From Nocardioides sp. (GTDB lineage: Bacteria > Actinomycetota > Actinomycetes > Propionibacteriales > Nocardioidaceae): a stretch of DNA of 64,000 nt. The notes under the pieces are model-generated. The model was not told the DNA's origin. It saw only the letters and a program-made list of their open reading frames with translations, and ran no database searches. Below, in pieces: positions 37,009 to 45,730 of the stretch. Both the position numbers and the translations under genes were made by a program. The stretch is taken from positions 76,680-140,679 of the forward strand of contig NZ_JAWKJQ010000006.1 in NCBI RefSeq assembly GCF_041393715.1. The letters are read 5' to 3'. Numbering within the stretch: the first letter of the stretch is position 1; the number at the start of each line of letters is the position of its first letter.

Positions 37009-37929
37009 TCACTCCTTGCCGCACGCCTCCCTGACGTAGGCGATCGCCTGCGCCGCACCGGGGCCCGACATCCGCAGCAGCACGGTGGCCGGCCGGCCAT
37101 CCACGGTCACGCTGGTCTTGAACGCGGTGCTGCCGCCGCCCTCCATGAAGACGTGGTCGTCGCAGCGGGCCGGCTGCATCTCGAGGTCGAGGTGGCTCGG
37201 CGGGTCGGTGCTGCGCACGGTGAGGTCGGGTCGCCAGGCCTCGCCGCCGGCCGTGGAGATCATCGGGGTGCCGGAGATGGTCTCGATCCGCAGCTGCGAG
37301 TCGCCACGCCCCGAGGGACGGATCAGCAGCCGCAGCACGCCGACCGGCTGACCGTCGCGATCCTCCACCCGGACGTGGTCCGCCCACGACAGCCGCGCGA
37401 CGCCGGCGACGGCGAGCTCCTGGCAGCGGGCCTCGAGGAAGCGCCCGGGGACGTCGGTCTCGTCGCTGACCCGCAGGGTGTCGTGGTGGCCGTCGTACCA
37501 GAGCTCGAGCGTGCCGTGGGTCGCCTCGCTGCCGCACCGCGGCCGGGCGGGCAGCGCGATCGGGAAGCCGCGTTCGTGCCGGCTCGGGATCTCCCGCAGC
37601 CGGGTGGCCGGCAGCGGCCTGGAGAACCGGCCGTCGGTGTAGACGATCCGGGTCGGCCGGAGGTCGTGCAGGGTGTCGTTGCGGACCCAGACCTGCATCT
37701 GGCCCAGCGCCACGTCGAGGGACGACTGGCGCATGTCGGCGAAGAGCCGGCCGGTGGCCGGCGGCGTCGGCGGCGCCGGCAGCGGGCTGAGGGTGCGGAT
37801 GCCGGTGCTCGAGGGCGAGGGCCGCGGCTCCTCGGGGGTCGCGCCGCACGCGGCCAGTGCCGCCGGCGCGAGTCCCACCACCGCGAACGCCGTCAGCACG
37901 CGGTGTCCCCGTCTGCCGGACCTGCGCAT
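37009..37929 (-). CDS. Hypothetical lipoprotein
   Basis: Lipobox LAAC after a hydrophobic signal; GGAGG RBS. Confidence 0.72.
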   Translation of the reverse strand: MRRSGRRGHRVLTAFAVVGLAPAALAACGATPEEPRPSPSSTGIRTLSPLPAPPTPPATGRLFADMRQSSLDVALGQMQVWVRNDTLHDLRPTRIVYTDGRFSRPLPATRLREIPSRHERGFPIALPARPRCGSEATHGTLELWYDGHHDTLRVSDETDVPGRFLEARCQELAVAGVARLSWADHVRVEDRDGQPVGVLRLLIRPSGRGDSQLRIETISGTPMISTAGGEAWRPDLTVRSTDPPSHLDLEMQPARCDDHVFMEGGGSTAFKTSVTVDGRPATVLLRMSGPGAAQAIAYVREACGKE

Positions 37930-38074
37930 CGCACCTCCTCCGGTCGGGTCCGATGATCGCACGCGGACCGCGGCGGAGGGACCCGCGAGGACCGGTCCCG
38001 GGCCGCTCGGGGGAAGCGGCTCCGGGACCGGCGACCGGGACGGCTCGAGGAGCGTGCTCCGGTCGGCACCCGCG

Positions 38075-38893
38075 TCAGCAGTTCACCGCCAGCTCGACGT
38101 TGCAGGCGTCGTTGCCGGGGCCGCCGTAGGCCCGGTCGAAGCCCTGGTTGCCGCGCAGCCGGTCGGCGCCTGCGTGGCCGAACAGCCGGTCGTCGCCCGC
38201 GCCACCGAAGGCACGGTCGTCGCCCGCCCCGCCGTAGACGTAGTCATCCCCGGTGCCACCGTCGAGCCGGTCGGCCGCGCCGTCGCCGAAGAGCTGGTCG
38301 TCGTCTCCGTCGCCGTAGACCTCGTCCCGGCCGCCGTCGCCGTGCAGGTAGTCCTCGCCGGTCGAGCCGCGCAGCCGGTCGTCTCCCGGGCCGCCGTTGA
38401 CCAGGTCGTTGCCGTCGCTGCCGTCGAGCACGTCGCGGTCCGCGCCGCCCCACAGCTTGTCGTCTCCGTCGTTGCCCTGGAGCCGGTCGTTGCCCTTGTC
38501 GCCGAAGAGCTCGTCGTCGCCCCGGTTGCCCTGCACGACGTCGTCGCCCTCGTCGCCGTGGACCGTGTCGTTGCCCGCGTTGCCCTGCAGCCGGTCATCG
38601 CCCTTGCCGCCGAGGATGGTGTCGTCACAGGCACCGCCGGTCACCACGTCGTCGCCGTTGCCGGCGTAGATGATGTCGTGACCGCCGCCGCCGTCGATGG
38701 TGTCGTTGCCCCCGCGCCCGTAGATGATGTCGTTGTACGGCGTCCCGACGAGGTTGTTGTTGGCGCTGTTGCCGAAGATCACCTGCCCGGGCGTGGTGCA
38801 GTCGGGCGGCAGGGCGCTCGCCGTCGCCGGCCCGAACGAGACGCTGGCGAAGCCGGCCCCCAGCAGGGCCGCGAGTGTGATCGGGAACTTCAT
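38075..38893 (-). CDS. Secreted protein with RTX/hemolysin-type Ca-binding repeats
   Basis: Sec signal peptide followed by many GGxGxDxLx nonapeptides. Confidence 0.88.
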   Translation of the reverse strand: MKFPITLAALLGAGFASVSFGPATASALPPDCTTPGQVIFGNSANNNLVGTPYNDIIYGRGGNDTIDGGGGHDIIYAGNGDDVVTGGACDDTILGGKGDDRLQGNAGNDTVHGDEGDDVVQGNRGDDELFGDKGNDRLQGNDGDDKLWGGADRDVLDGSDGNDLVNGGPGDDRLRGSTGEDYLHGDGGRDEVYGDGDDDQLFGDGAADRLDGGTGDDYVYGGAGDDRAFGGAGDDRLFGHAGADRLRGNQGFDRAYGGPGNDACNVELAVNC

Positions 38894-39015
38894 GATGGTG
38901 CTCCTTACGGTTGGTCGCCGGCGGTTGCCGGCGCGGAGCAGTCAGGACACCGGCGGCACCTCAGCGTGGGATCAGAAAGCCGGAGCGGAGCCCCGACGGA
39001 CCGGCCACGAGCGGC

Positions 39016-39048
39016 GCTAAGCCGGCGCTAAGAGGTGGGCTCGATGGT
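39016..39048 (+). promoter_or_regulatory. SARP-type operator/promoter 4
   Basis: GCTAAGC-N4-GCTAAGA-N9-GATGGT. Confidence 0.72.
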
Positions 39049-39096
39049 TGCCGCAAGGCACCCGGAGAGGACCGGGTCCGACCCAAGGAGAAGCCC

Positions 39097-39714
39097 ATGA
39101 ACACCACCGCCGGCACCGCAGCCGCCGTCCTCGCAACCACCCGGACCCACCGGGCCGCCGCCGCCCGGATCATCGCCGTGTTCGCGGCCGTGGTGTCGTC
39201 GCTGCTGATGACGCTGTTCGCCGCGACCCCGGCCGAGGCAGCCACCACCGTCGGCGCCGCCGGGCGGATCGGCAGCATCACCCTCAACGGGCCGATGATC
39301 AACGGCTACGACGTCGGCCAGCGGCTGGCGAACGGCACCTACTTCTACTCCAAGAACTGGAACGTCGGCGGCTTCACCGTCACCCGGAGCCCCTCGTCGT
39401 ACCGGCAGCGGGTCACGGGGAAGTCGACGATCCAGAAGTGGAACGGAGCCCGGTGGGTCGACATCCAGTCACGCACCTGGTCGGGCACCGTGGCCGGCAC
39501 CGGCACCCTCCGCTTCCCCGGGTGGACCTACTCGCCGACCAACGTCCCCAACAACCGCGCGTCGTACCGCGTGAACTTCCTGATCACCTGGACCAACACC
39601 GCCAACGGCCAGTTGGTCGCCCTCACCGGCGTGCTGCCCAACAAGTACTCCGACAACCGCTGCGCGACCACGTTCTTCACCTGCCGGACCTACACCGACG
39701 GCATCAACTTCTGA
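39097..39714 (+). CDS. Hypothetical secreted protein (paralog-like to 17672..18226)
   Basis: Signal peptide ending AEA; KWNGARW segment, C-terminal Cys pair; AAGGAG RBS. Confidence 0.78.
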   Translation: MNTTAGTAAAVLATTRTHRAAAARIIAVFAAVVSSLLMTLFAATPAEAATTVGAAGRIGSITLNGPMINGYDVGQRLANGTYFYSKNWNVGGFTVTRSPSSYRQRVTGKSTIQKWNGARWVDIQSRTWSGTVAGTGTLRFPGWTYSPTNVPNNRASYRVNFLITWTNTANGQLVALTGVLPNKYSDNRCATTFFTCRTYTDGINF

Positions 39715-39789
39715 GGCCCGACCCGTCGCCCTCGGCCCGCCCTCCCGGGGTGGTTCGAGGGCGCTGGTCGTGTGCCGACATCCCGCGGT

Positions 39790-40851
39790 TCAGGCGCACA
39801 GCTCACGCAGGATGTCGGCCACCCGCGAGGGGTCCAGCCGGCAGGTGGCGCGGCCCACCGGCAGCTCGCAGCGGACCACGCCGGGGTCGCCGGTGGGCAT
39901 GGGTGCCTGCCAGACCCAGATCCCGTCCTCGTCGGCCAGCCGCCGCGCGTTGGCCCTGAACCTCTCCTCGGAGACGCGGAACAGCAGGTGCATCATCGGC
40001 GTCTGCGGTGGGTCGGGCAGCACCCGGACGACCTGGCTGCCCGCGAGCTGCGCCGCGATGGCGCGGGCCTGCTCGAGCCGTGCCGGCATCTCGGACAGGC
40101 GCTCCGACAGCAGGCCCAGCGCGGACGCGGCCGCCGGCCACATCGCGAACAGCGAGCCGCCGAGACGCCCTCGCCACTCGCGGACCTGGTCGACGATCTG
40201 CGGCGGGCCCACCACGCAGCAGCCCGGCAGGGCGCCGATGCCCTTGTAGAACGAGACGTAGGCGGTGTCGAACAGCGAGGCGATCTCGGCGGGCGAGCGC
40301 TGGTAGCCCGCCGACGCCTCCCAGAGGCGGGCTCCGTCGAGGTGCACCGCCGCGCCCCGCTCGCGCACCGCGTCGACCTGGCCCACGAGGTCGTCCCAGT
40401 CGGGCAGCTGGCCGCCGAGATCTCGCTGGGGAAGCTCCCAGAGCACCGCCGCGACGGGCTCGGGCACCTCGAGGTCGGTGCGGGTGAGCAGACGGTGGGG
40501 CTCTCCCACGGGCCGCCCGGTCAGGCCGTGGACGCGGGAGTAGGCCTCGCCCTCGTGCACGGCGAGGTGGCACAGCGGGTGCCAGAGCACGGTGCGCGTC
40601 CCGCGGTCATCGGCGTGCACCCGCAGGGTGGCCGCCTGGGCCATCGTCCCGCTGGGCAGGAAGACCGCCGCGGGATGACCGAGCAGCTCGCTCACGGTCG
40701 ACTCCAGCTCGGCGACCACACCGCCCTCGCCGTAGACATCTGGAACCACGTCGCCCCCCACGGAGGCGAGAACCTCCTCGGGGGTGACCAGACCGTCGCC
40801 GATGACGAACGTGTGGCACCTGCTCCGCCGGGCCAGGTCCTCCGCATCCAC
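39790..40851 (-). CDS. Low-specificity threonine aldolase-family PLP enzyme
   Basis: AVFLPSGTMAQ, VHLDGARLW, YVSFYKG (PLP lysine); TAGACT 7 nt before GTG. Confidence 0.87.
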   Translation of the reverse strand: MDAEDLARRSRCHTFVIGDGLVTPEEVLASVGGDVVPDVYGEGGVVAELESTVSELLGHPAAVFLPSGTMAQAATLRVHADDRGTRTVLWHPLCHLAVHEGEAYSRVHGLTGRPVGEPHRLLTRTDLEVPEPVAAVLWELPQRDLGGQLPDWDDLVGQVDAVRERGAAVHLDGARLWEASAGYQRSPAEIASLFDTAYVSFYKGIGALPGCCVVGPPQIVDQVREWRGRLGGSLFAMWPAAASALGLLSERLSEMPARLEQARAIAAQLAGSQVVRVLPDPPQTPMMHLLFRVSEERFRANARRLADEDGIWVWQAPMPTGDPGVVRCELPVGRATCRLDPSRVADILRELCA

Positions 40852-40908
40852 CCGGCGAAGTCTAGGGAGCGTTCGCCGCGGACCCCGGCCCGACAACTCG
40901 GAGCACGG

Positions 40909-40938
40909 TGGAGCCGCCTGTCGTGGAGCCGCCTGTCG
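40909..40938. repeat. Tandem 15-bp duplication of the tRNA-Thr 3' end (att-like)
   Basis: TGGAGCCGCCTGTCG at 40909-40923 and 40924-40938. Confidence 0.85.
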
Positions 40939-40999
40939 GAATCGAACCGACGACCTAATCATTACGAGTGATTCGCTCTACCGACTGAGCTAAGGCGGC
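40924..40999 (-). tRNA. tRNA-Thr (CGT)
   Basis: GCCGCCTTAGCTCAGTCGGTAGAGCG...CTCGTAA...GGTTCGATTCC...GGCGGCTCCA; 76 nt with encoded CCA. Confidence 0.97.
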
Positions 41000-41269
41000 C
41001 TGCTGCCCGGCACGGCTCCCGGCGTGACCGCGGGCCGTCGACCGGGCAACCGCAGCAGGATAACGGACCGGGTGGCGGGGTGCGAAAACGCCCGGCGGCG
41101 GCTCTCGGTGACCCCTTGGGCAACCCGGCATGGCCCACGTGGGCTAGACGTCCACGTCGTTCGGAGGAGCAGATTCGCCGGTTCCCTCCCGCGATCCGAT
41201 GGGGCAGACTACGGTCGGCAGCGTCAACAAGTGAGGCAAACACGTTTGGCAACTCGGGAGAAGAACCAC

Positions 41270-41878
41270 ATGATGCCAGTTCTCGGGACCCCCATCCCCC
41301 GACAGGTGTCCTTCGTTGGACCCTTCGGCGTGGGGAAGACCACGGCTGTCTGCACGGTGTCGGACACCAACGTGTCCTCCACCGAGGTGTTGAGCTCCGC
41401 CCTGCGCGCGCGCACCGGCCGCCCCGGCCGGCACCTCAAGACGACCACCACCGTCGGCTTGGAGATCGGCGAGTGGCAGTCACCGGACGGACAGACAGTC
41501 TCCGTGGTCGGTACTCCGGGGCAAGAGCGCTTCGACCTGGTGCGGAAGTCGGCCATGCCGCGCAGCACCGGGGTCGTGCTCTGGCTCTTCGGCCACCATG
41601 ACCTGGCCCTGCTCGACACCGAGCTGTGGCTGGAGTTCATCGCTGCGGAGGTCTCGACCTCCAAGCTCACCGTGGCCGTGACACGGTTGGAGGAGGCGGG
41701 CACCCAGCTCGACGGCTTCCGGGAGGTGGTCGCCGCGTGCGACGACCGGATCCCGGTGATCGCCGCCGACCCGCGTGACCGCAACTCCGTTGTCGAGGTG
41801 CTGCACACCGCCTTGCGGATTCCCCACAGCAGCCCCGCCACGGAGAAGCCCGCCACCGAGAAGGAGGCCGTCGGATGA
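41270..41878 (+). CDS. Small GTPase, MglA/CvnD-like
   Basis: G1 GPFGVGKT, switch I TTTVGLEIG, G3 GTPGQERF; G4 position reads TRLE. Confidence 0.85.
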   Translation: MMPVLGTPIPRQVSFVGPFGVGKTTAVCTVSDTNVSSTEVLSSALRARTGRPGRHLKTTTTVGLEIGEWQSPDGQTVSVVGTPGQERFDLVRKSAMPRSTGVVLWLFGHHDLALLDTELWLEFIAAEVSTSKLTVAVTRLEEAGTQLDGFREVVAACDDRIPVIAADPRDRNSVVEVLHTALRIPHSSPATEKPATEKEAVG

Positions 41879-42462
41879 AGACCCAGACCCGCACCGCTGC
41901 CGCGCTGGCCGAAAGGCTTGAGGAGGCAGACGTGGCAGACACCGTCGAGGAGCACCACGCCGAGATCGTGGTGCTGCCCCCGCGCAACCCGCAGGGTGAC
42001 GACCAGCCGAGACCCCCGCTCGGGGTCGAGATGGACGACGACATCGCCGCCCACTGGGGTCTGTGGTCCGAACAGATCGGGCGCGCGCTGCTGCCCACCC
42101 TGCAGACGCTCGCGGAGTCCCTGCCGGCGTTCAGCTCGGCGATGATCTGCACCGCCGACGGCTTCAACCTGTGCACCATCGGCGTCGACGAGACGCAGGT
42201 CAGCCGCCTCTCGGCGATGACCAGCTCGCTGCACTCGATCGCCGACGCCGTGTCCAGCTCGGTCCACGACGAGGAGGGCGGCCCGCTGGACATGGTCACC
42301 CTCACCAACGGCTCGTCCAAGACGGTGGTGCTCGCCGTGCGTCACCTCATCGTCGGCCAGCTGCTGCTGTGGGTGACCGTGGGCGAGGACTCCCTCGGCG
42401 CCCTGCTGATGCGCGCCAAGGTCGCCGCCGACTCGATCCGCACCAAGCTCGGCGACGACTGA
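41875..42462 (+). CDS. Roadblock/LC7 (MglB-like) protein with N-terminal extension
   Basis: AMICTADGFNL, RLSAMTSSL, LGALL; ATGA overlap with the GTPase. Confidence 0.82.
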   Translation: MKTQTRTAAALAERLEEADVADTVEEHHAEIVVLPPRNPQGDDQPRPPLGVEMDDDIAAHWGLWSEQIGRALLPTLQTLAESLPAFSSAMICTADGFNLCTIGVDETQVSRLSAMTSSLHSIADAVSSSVHDEEGGPLDMVTLTNGSSKTVVLAVRHLIVGQLLLWVTVGEDSLGALLMRAKVAADSIRTKLGDD

Positions 42463-42535
42463 GCCCACCCCGCCGGCGTACGCCGCCCCCGACAACCACG
42501 AGATTCCCCAACCCTTCCCGAGAGGACACCCCACC

Positions 42536-42925
42536 ATGTTGGACATCGACGTCAATCTGCTCGAGCAGACCGTCAAGGAGGCGAAGGAGACCCTCCGCGA
42601 CGGCCTGGTCGCCACCGACATCTGGGACCGTGAGACCGGCCTCAGCCTCGCCGGCTTCAACCCGCAGCCCGAGGCGGTCGCGCTGTTCAACCAGCTCACC
42701 AACGAGATGGCCTCCACCCTGGCTGGCTCAAACTTCCCGGGCCTGAACCGCTACTTCCTGCTCGACCTCGACGGCGGCAACACCGTGGTGTGCCAGAAGC
42801 ACGGCGACGACCTGATGTCGGGCATGCTGCTCGACGCGGCGAAGGTCAACCTGGGCATCCTGGTGAGCATCGTGATCCCGAAGTACGCCGCCGGCGTGGC
42901 CGCTGCGCGCAACCAGCACCACTGA
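42536..42925 (+). CDS. Small protein, possible second Roadblock/longin-like fold
   Basis: 129 aa; helix-strand pattern and C-terminal NLGIL resemble Roadblock proteins (by eye). Confidence 0.6.
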   Translation: MLDIDVNLLEQTVKEAKETLRDGLVATDIWDRETGLSLAGFNPQPEAVALFNQLTNEMASTLAGSNFPGLNRYFLLDLDGGNTVVCQKHGDDLMSGMLLDAAKVNLGILVSIVIPKYAAGVAAARNQHH

Positions 42926-42956
42926 GCCACCCACCGAGGCTCGTTCCGCCTCGTGA

Positions 42957-42987
42957 CGAGGGCCGGTCCCCCTCGGGGCCGGCCCTC
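42957..42987. terminator. Hairpin between convergent genes
   Basis: CGAGGGCCGGTCCC-CTC-GGGGCCGGCCCTCG. Confidence 0.6.
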
Positions 42988-43010
42988 GGTCGTCGCCTCG
43001 CCTCGCGGCG

Positions 43011-44585
43011 TCAGCAGGTGAGGCCGTCCTCCGGCACCGCACCGGTGACGAGGTAGTCCTCGACGGCCGCGTCGACGCAGTCGTTGCCGCGGCGGTAGCC
43101 GACATGGCCGTCGCCGTCGCGGGTGACCAGCACCCCGGAGTCGAGCTGGCTCGCCAGGGCCTGCGCCCACGCGTAGGGCGTGGCCGGGTCGCGGGTGGTC
43201 CCGATGACCAGGATCGGCGCCGCCCCGGCCGCGTGCAACGGGCCGGTGAGCGGGTCCTCGGCCTGGAACGGGTAGTCACGACAGGCGGCGAGCCCCCAGG
43301 CGAACACCCTGCCGAACGTCGGCGAGGCCTGCTCGAACTCACCGAACAGCCCCTCGATCTGCCTGGGTGAGTAGGACGACGGGTCGTCGAGGCAGTTGAT
43401 GGCGAGGTTGGCCTCGAGGCTGTTGTCGTCGTAGGTGCCGTCGGCCGCCCGCGACGTGTAGAGGTCGGAGAAGGCGAGCAGCTGGCTGCCGTCACCGTCG
43501 AGCGCGGCCTTGAGCGCCGTGGAGAGCGCGAACCACGACGACCGGTTGTAGAGCGGCAGCACGATGCCGTAGAACGCGTTGCCGATCTCGAGCTCCCGCC
43601 CGTCGGCGCCCGGCAGCGGCTGGCGCTCGATGCTGGCCAACAGGTCGGAGATCGTCTGCCGGCCCGCGTCGACGCTGTCGCCCAGGAAGCAGGAGTCGGA
43701 GGAGTCGACACAGTTGGCGAGATAGGCGTCGAGGGCGGTCTGGAAGCCGCGCGCCTGCCCGAGCGACAGCGCCTCGGTGTCCAGGGTCGGGTCGAGCGCC
43801 CCGTCGAGCACCATCCTGCCGACCCGGTCGGGGAACAGGTCGGCGTAGGTCGCGCCGAGCTTGGTGCCGTAGGACGCGCCGAAGTAGACCATCGTGCTCT
43901 CACCGAGCGCGGCCCGGAGCACGTCCATGTCGCGGGCGGCCTCGACGGTCGAGATGTGGGCAGCGACCGCCGGGGAGTGGGTGGCACACCCGGCGCCGAA
44001 CTCGCGCACCGAGCGCATGAAGGCGCGGATCTCCGGCGTGGTGTCGGGATCGGGGTCCTCCGCGACGTAGTCGTCGAGCTGGGCGTCGGTGAGACAGTCG
44101 ACCGGGCTGCTGTCACCGGCGCCCCGGGGGTCGAAGCCGACCAGGTCGAAGCGGTCGACCAGCTCGCGGCCGAAGTAGGAGCCCGCACCCGCGGCGTAGG
44201 ACGTGCCGGGCGCGCCCGGGCCGCCGGGGTTGACCACCAGCGACCCCAGCCGGTCGCGGGGTACGGCGGCCGGGTGCCGCAGCAGCGCGAGCCTGATCGT
44301 CTCGCCGGCGGGGTCGGCGTAGTCGAGCGGCACCTCCAGGGTGGCGCAGTCGTCGCCACTCTCGTCGGGGCACGCCGCCCAGTCGAGACTCTGGGAGTAG
44401 AACCGCTGCAGCGCCGGGGACGGCGCGACGGTGGTCTCGGCGCCCGGCGAGGACGTCAGGCCGGGACGGGCCGCCGGAACCAGCAGGTCGCCCACCACCC
44501 CGCGGACGACCAGGATCGTCCCGACGACGCCGACGCTCACCGCGACCAGGCCGAGCACGACCAGACCGACCACCCAGCGCCGCAT
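43011..44585 (-). CDS. Membrane-anchored alpha/beta hydrolase peptidase (TAP-like/Hip1-like)
   Basis: NPGGPG, GFDPRG, GASYGT, DPATPY, GHVGY; N-terminal TM. Confidence 0.9.
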   Translation of the reverse strand: MRRWVVGLVVLGLVAVSVGVVGTILVVRGVVGDLLVPAARPGLTSSPGAETTVAPSPALQRFYSQSLDWAACPDESGDDCATLEVPLDYADPAGETIRLALLRHPAAVPRDRLGSLVVNPGGPGAPGTSYAAGAGSYFGRELVDRFDLVGFDPRGAGDSSPVDCLTDAQLDDYVAEDPDPDTTPEIRAFMRSVREFGAGCATHSPAVAAHISTVEAARDMDVLRAALGESTMVYFGASYGTKLGATYADLFPDRVGRMVLDGALDPTLDTEALSLGQARGFQTALDAYLANCVDSSDSCFLGDSVDAGRQTISDLLASIERQPLPGADGRELEIGNAFYGIVLPLYNRSSWFALSTALKAALDGDGSQLLAFSDLYTSRAADGTYDDNSLEANLAINCLDDPSSYSPRQIEGLFGEFEQASPTFGRVFAWGLAACRDYPFQAEDPLTGPLHAAGAAPILVIGTTRDPATPYAWAQALASQLDSGVLVTRDGDGHVGYRRGNDCVDAAVEDYLVTGAVPEDGLTC

Positions 44586-45730
44586 CAGGCGGTTCTCCGC
44601 GGCACCCGCAGGGCCAGCATCATCGACTCCAGCGCCAGCATCGGCGGGACGTTGAACTCCAGCATCTGCTCGCGGGCCGCGAAGATCGCGTCGATCCGCC
44701 GCAGCTGGCCCTCGGGGGTCGAGATCCGGGTCAGCTCCGCGATCTCGCCGCGTTGCTCCTCGTTGACCAGCGCCGAGGCCGCCCCGGCGGCGACGGCGAT
44801 GGCGTCGCGGTAGACCGAGGCGAGGTCCATCAGCCCCCGGTCGACGACATCGAGGTGGCGGCGCTTGGCGCGGGTCTTCTGCGCCTTCTGCAGGGCGGCG
44901 AGGGCGGGGGCGTACTCCCGCGGCCTGCGGCCCCGCTCCACCACACCGTAGGTCGTGTCGAGGTCGGTCTTCTCACGGGCGTCGAGGTCGGAGGTGATCG
45001 CCTCGGCCTCCTCCAGCGTCGACTCGTAGAGGTTGGCCGCGGCGGTCATGCAGGCCCCCAGGGAGGTCAGCCGCACCGGCAGCGAGACCACCTCGCGACG
45101 CCGGTTGCGGGTCGCCTCGTCGCGGGCCAGCGCCCGGGCCCGGCCGATGTGACCCTGGCTCGCGCGCGCGGCGTAGGAGGCCATCGCGCCGTCGACACCG
45201 TCGTGCCGGACCAGGTGGGCGGCCACCTCGTCGGCCGTGGGCGTGGTCAGCCCGATCAGCCGGCAGCGCGACCGGATCGTCGGCAGCACGTCCTCGACCG
45301 TCGGGGCACACAACACCCACACGGTGTGGCCGGTCGGCTCCTCGATCGCCTTCAGCAGCGCGTTGAAGGCCTGGTCGGTGAGCCGGTCGGCGTCCTCCAC
45401 GACCAGCACCTGGAAGCCCGCGCCCACCGGCGCCAGGGCCGAGCGGCGCACCAGGTCGCGCACCTCGTCGACGCCGATCGACAGCTTGTCGGTGGCCACC
45501 CGGGTGACGTCGGGATGCGCCCCCGAGAGGGCCGTGCGGCAGGCCTGGCAGGCTCCGCAGCCGTGCTCCGGGCACTGGAGCGCGGCCGCGAAGGCCAGGG
45601 CCGCGTTGGAGCGCCCCGAACCCGGCGGGCCGGTCACCAGCCACGCGTGCGTCATGCCGGTGCCGGATGCGGCGGCCCGGAGCACCTCGGCGGCCGCACG
45701 CTGGCCCACCAGGGTGTCCCACACGCTCAC
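44585..45730 (-). CDS. holB: DNA polymerase III subunit delta'
   Basis: HAWLVTGPPGSGRS, zinc Cys cluster, HPDV, NALLKAIEEP, TIRSRC. Confidence 0.94.
   Translation of the reverse strand: MSVWDTLVGQRAAAEVLRAAASGTGMTHAWLVTGPPGSGRSNAALAFAAALQCPEHGCGACQACRTALSGAHPDVTRVATDKLSIGVDEVRDLVRRSALAPVGAGFQVLVVEDADRLTDQAFNALLKAIEEPTGHTVWVLCAPTVEDVLPTIRSRCRLIGLTTPTADEVAAHLVRHDGVDGAMASYAARASQGHIGRARALARDEATRNRRREVVSLPVRLTSLGACMTAAANLYESTLEEAEAITSDLDAREKTDLDTTYGVVERGRRPREYAPALAALQKAQKTRAKRRHLDVVDRGLMDLASVYRDAIAVAAGAASALVNEEQRGEIAELTRISTPEGQLRRIDAIFAAREQMLEFNVPPMLALESMMLALRVPRRTA

Noticed and set aside
38075-38893. RTX toxin or type I secretion system
   Set aside because: No toxin domain or T1SS genes; the protein has a Sec-type signal peptide.
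40986-40996. GCTAAGG resembling the CTAAG heptamer
   Set aside because: A single copy inside the tRNA acceptor/D-stem sequence.
39790-40999. Threonine aldolase-like gene directly downstream of tRNA-Thr as a regulatory link
   Set aside because: The gene has its own leaderless promoter and no attenuator or T-box; adjacency is probably coincidental.
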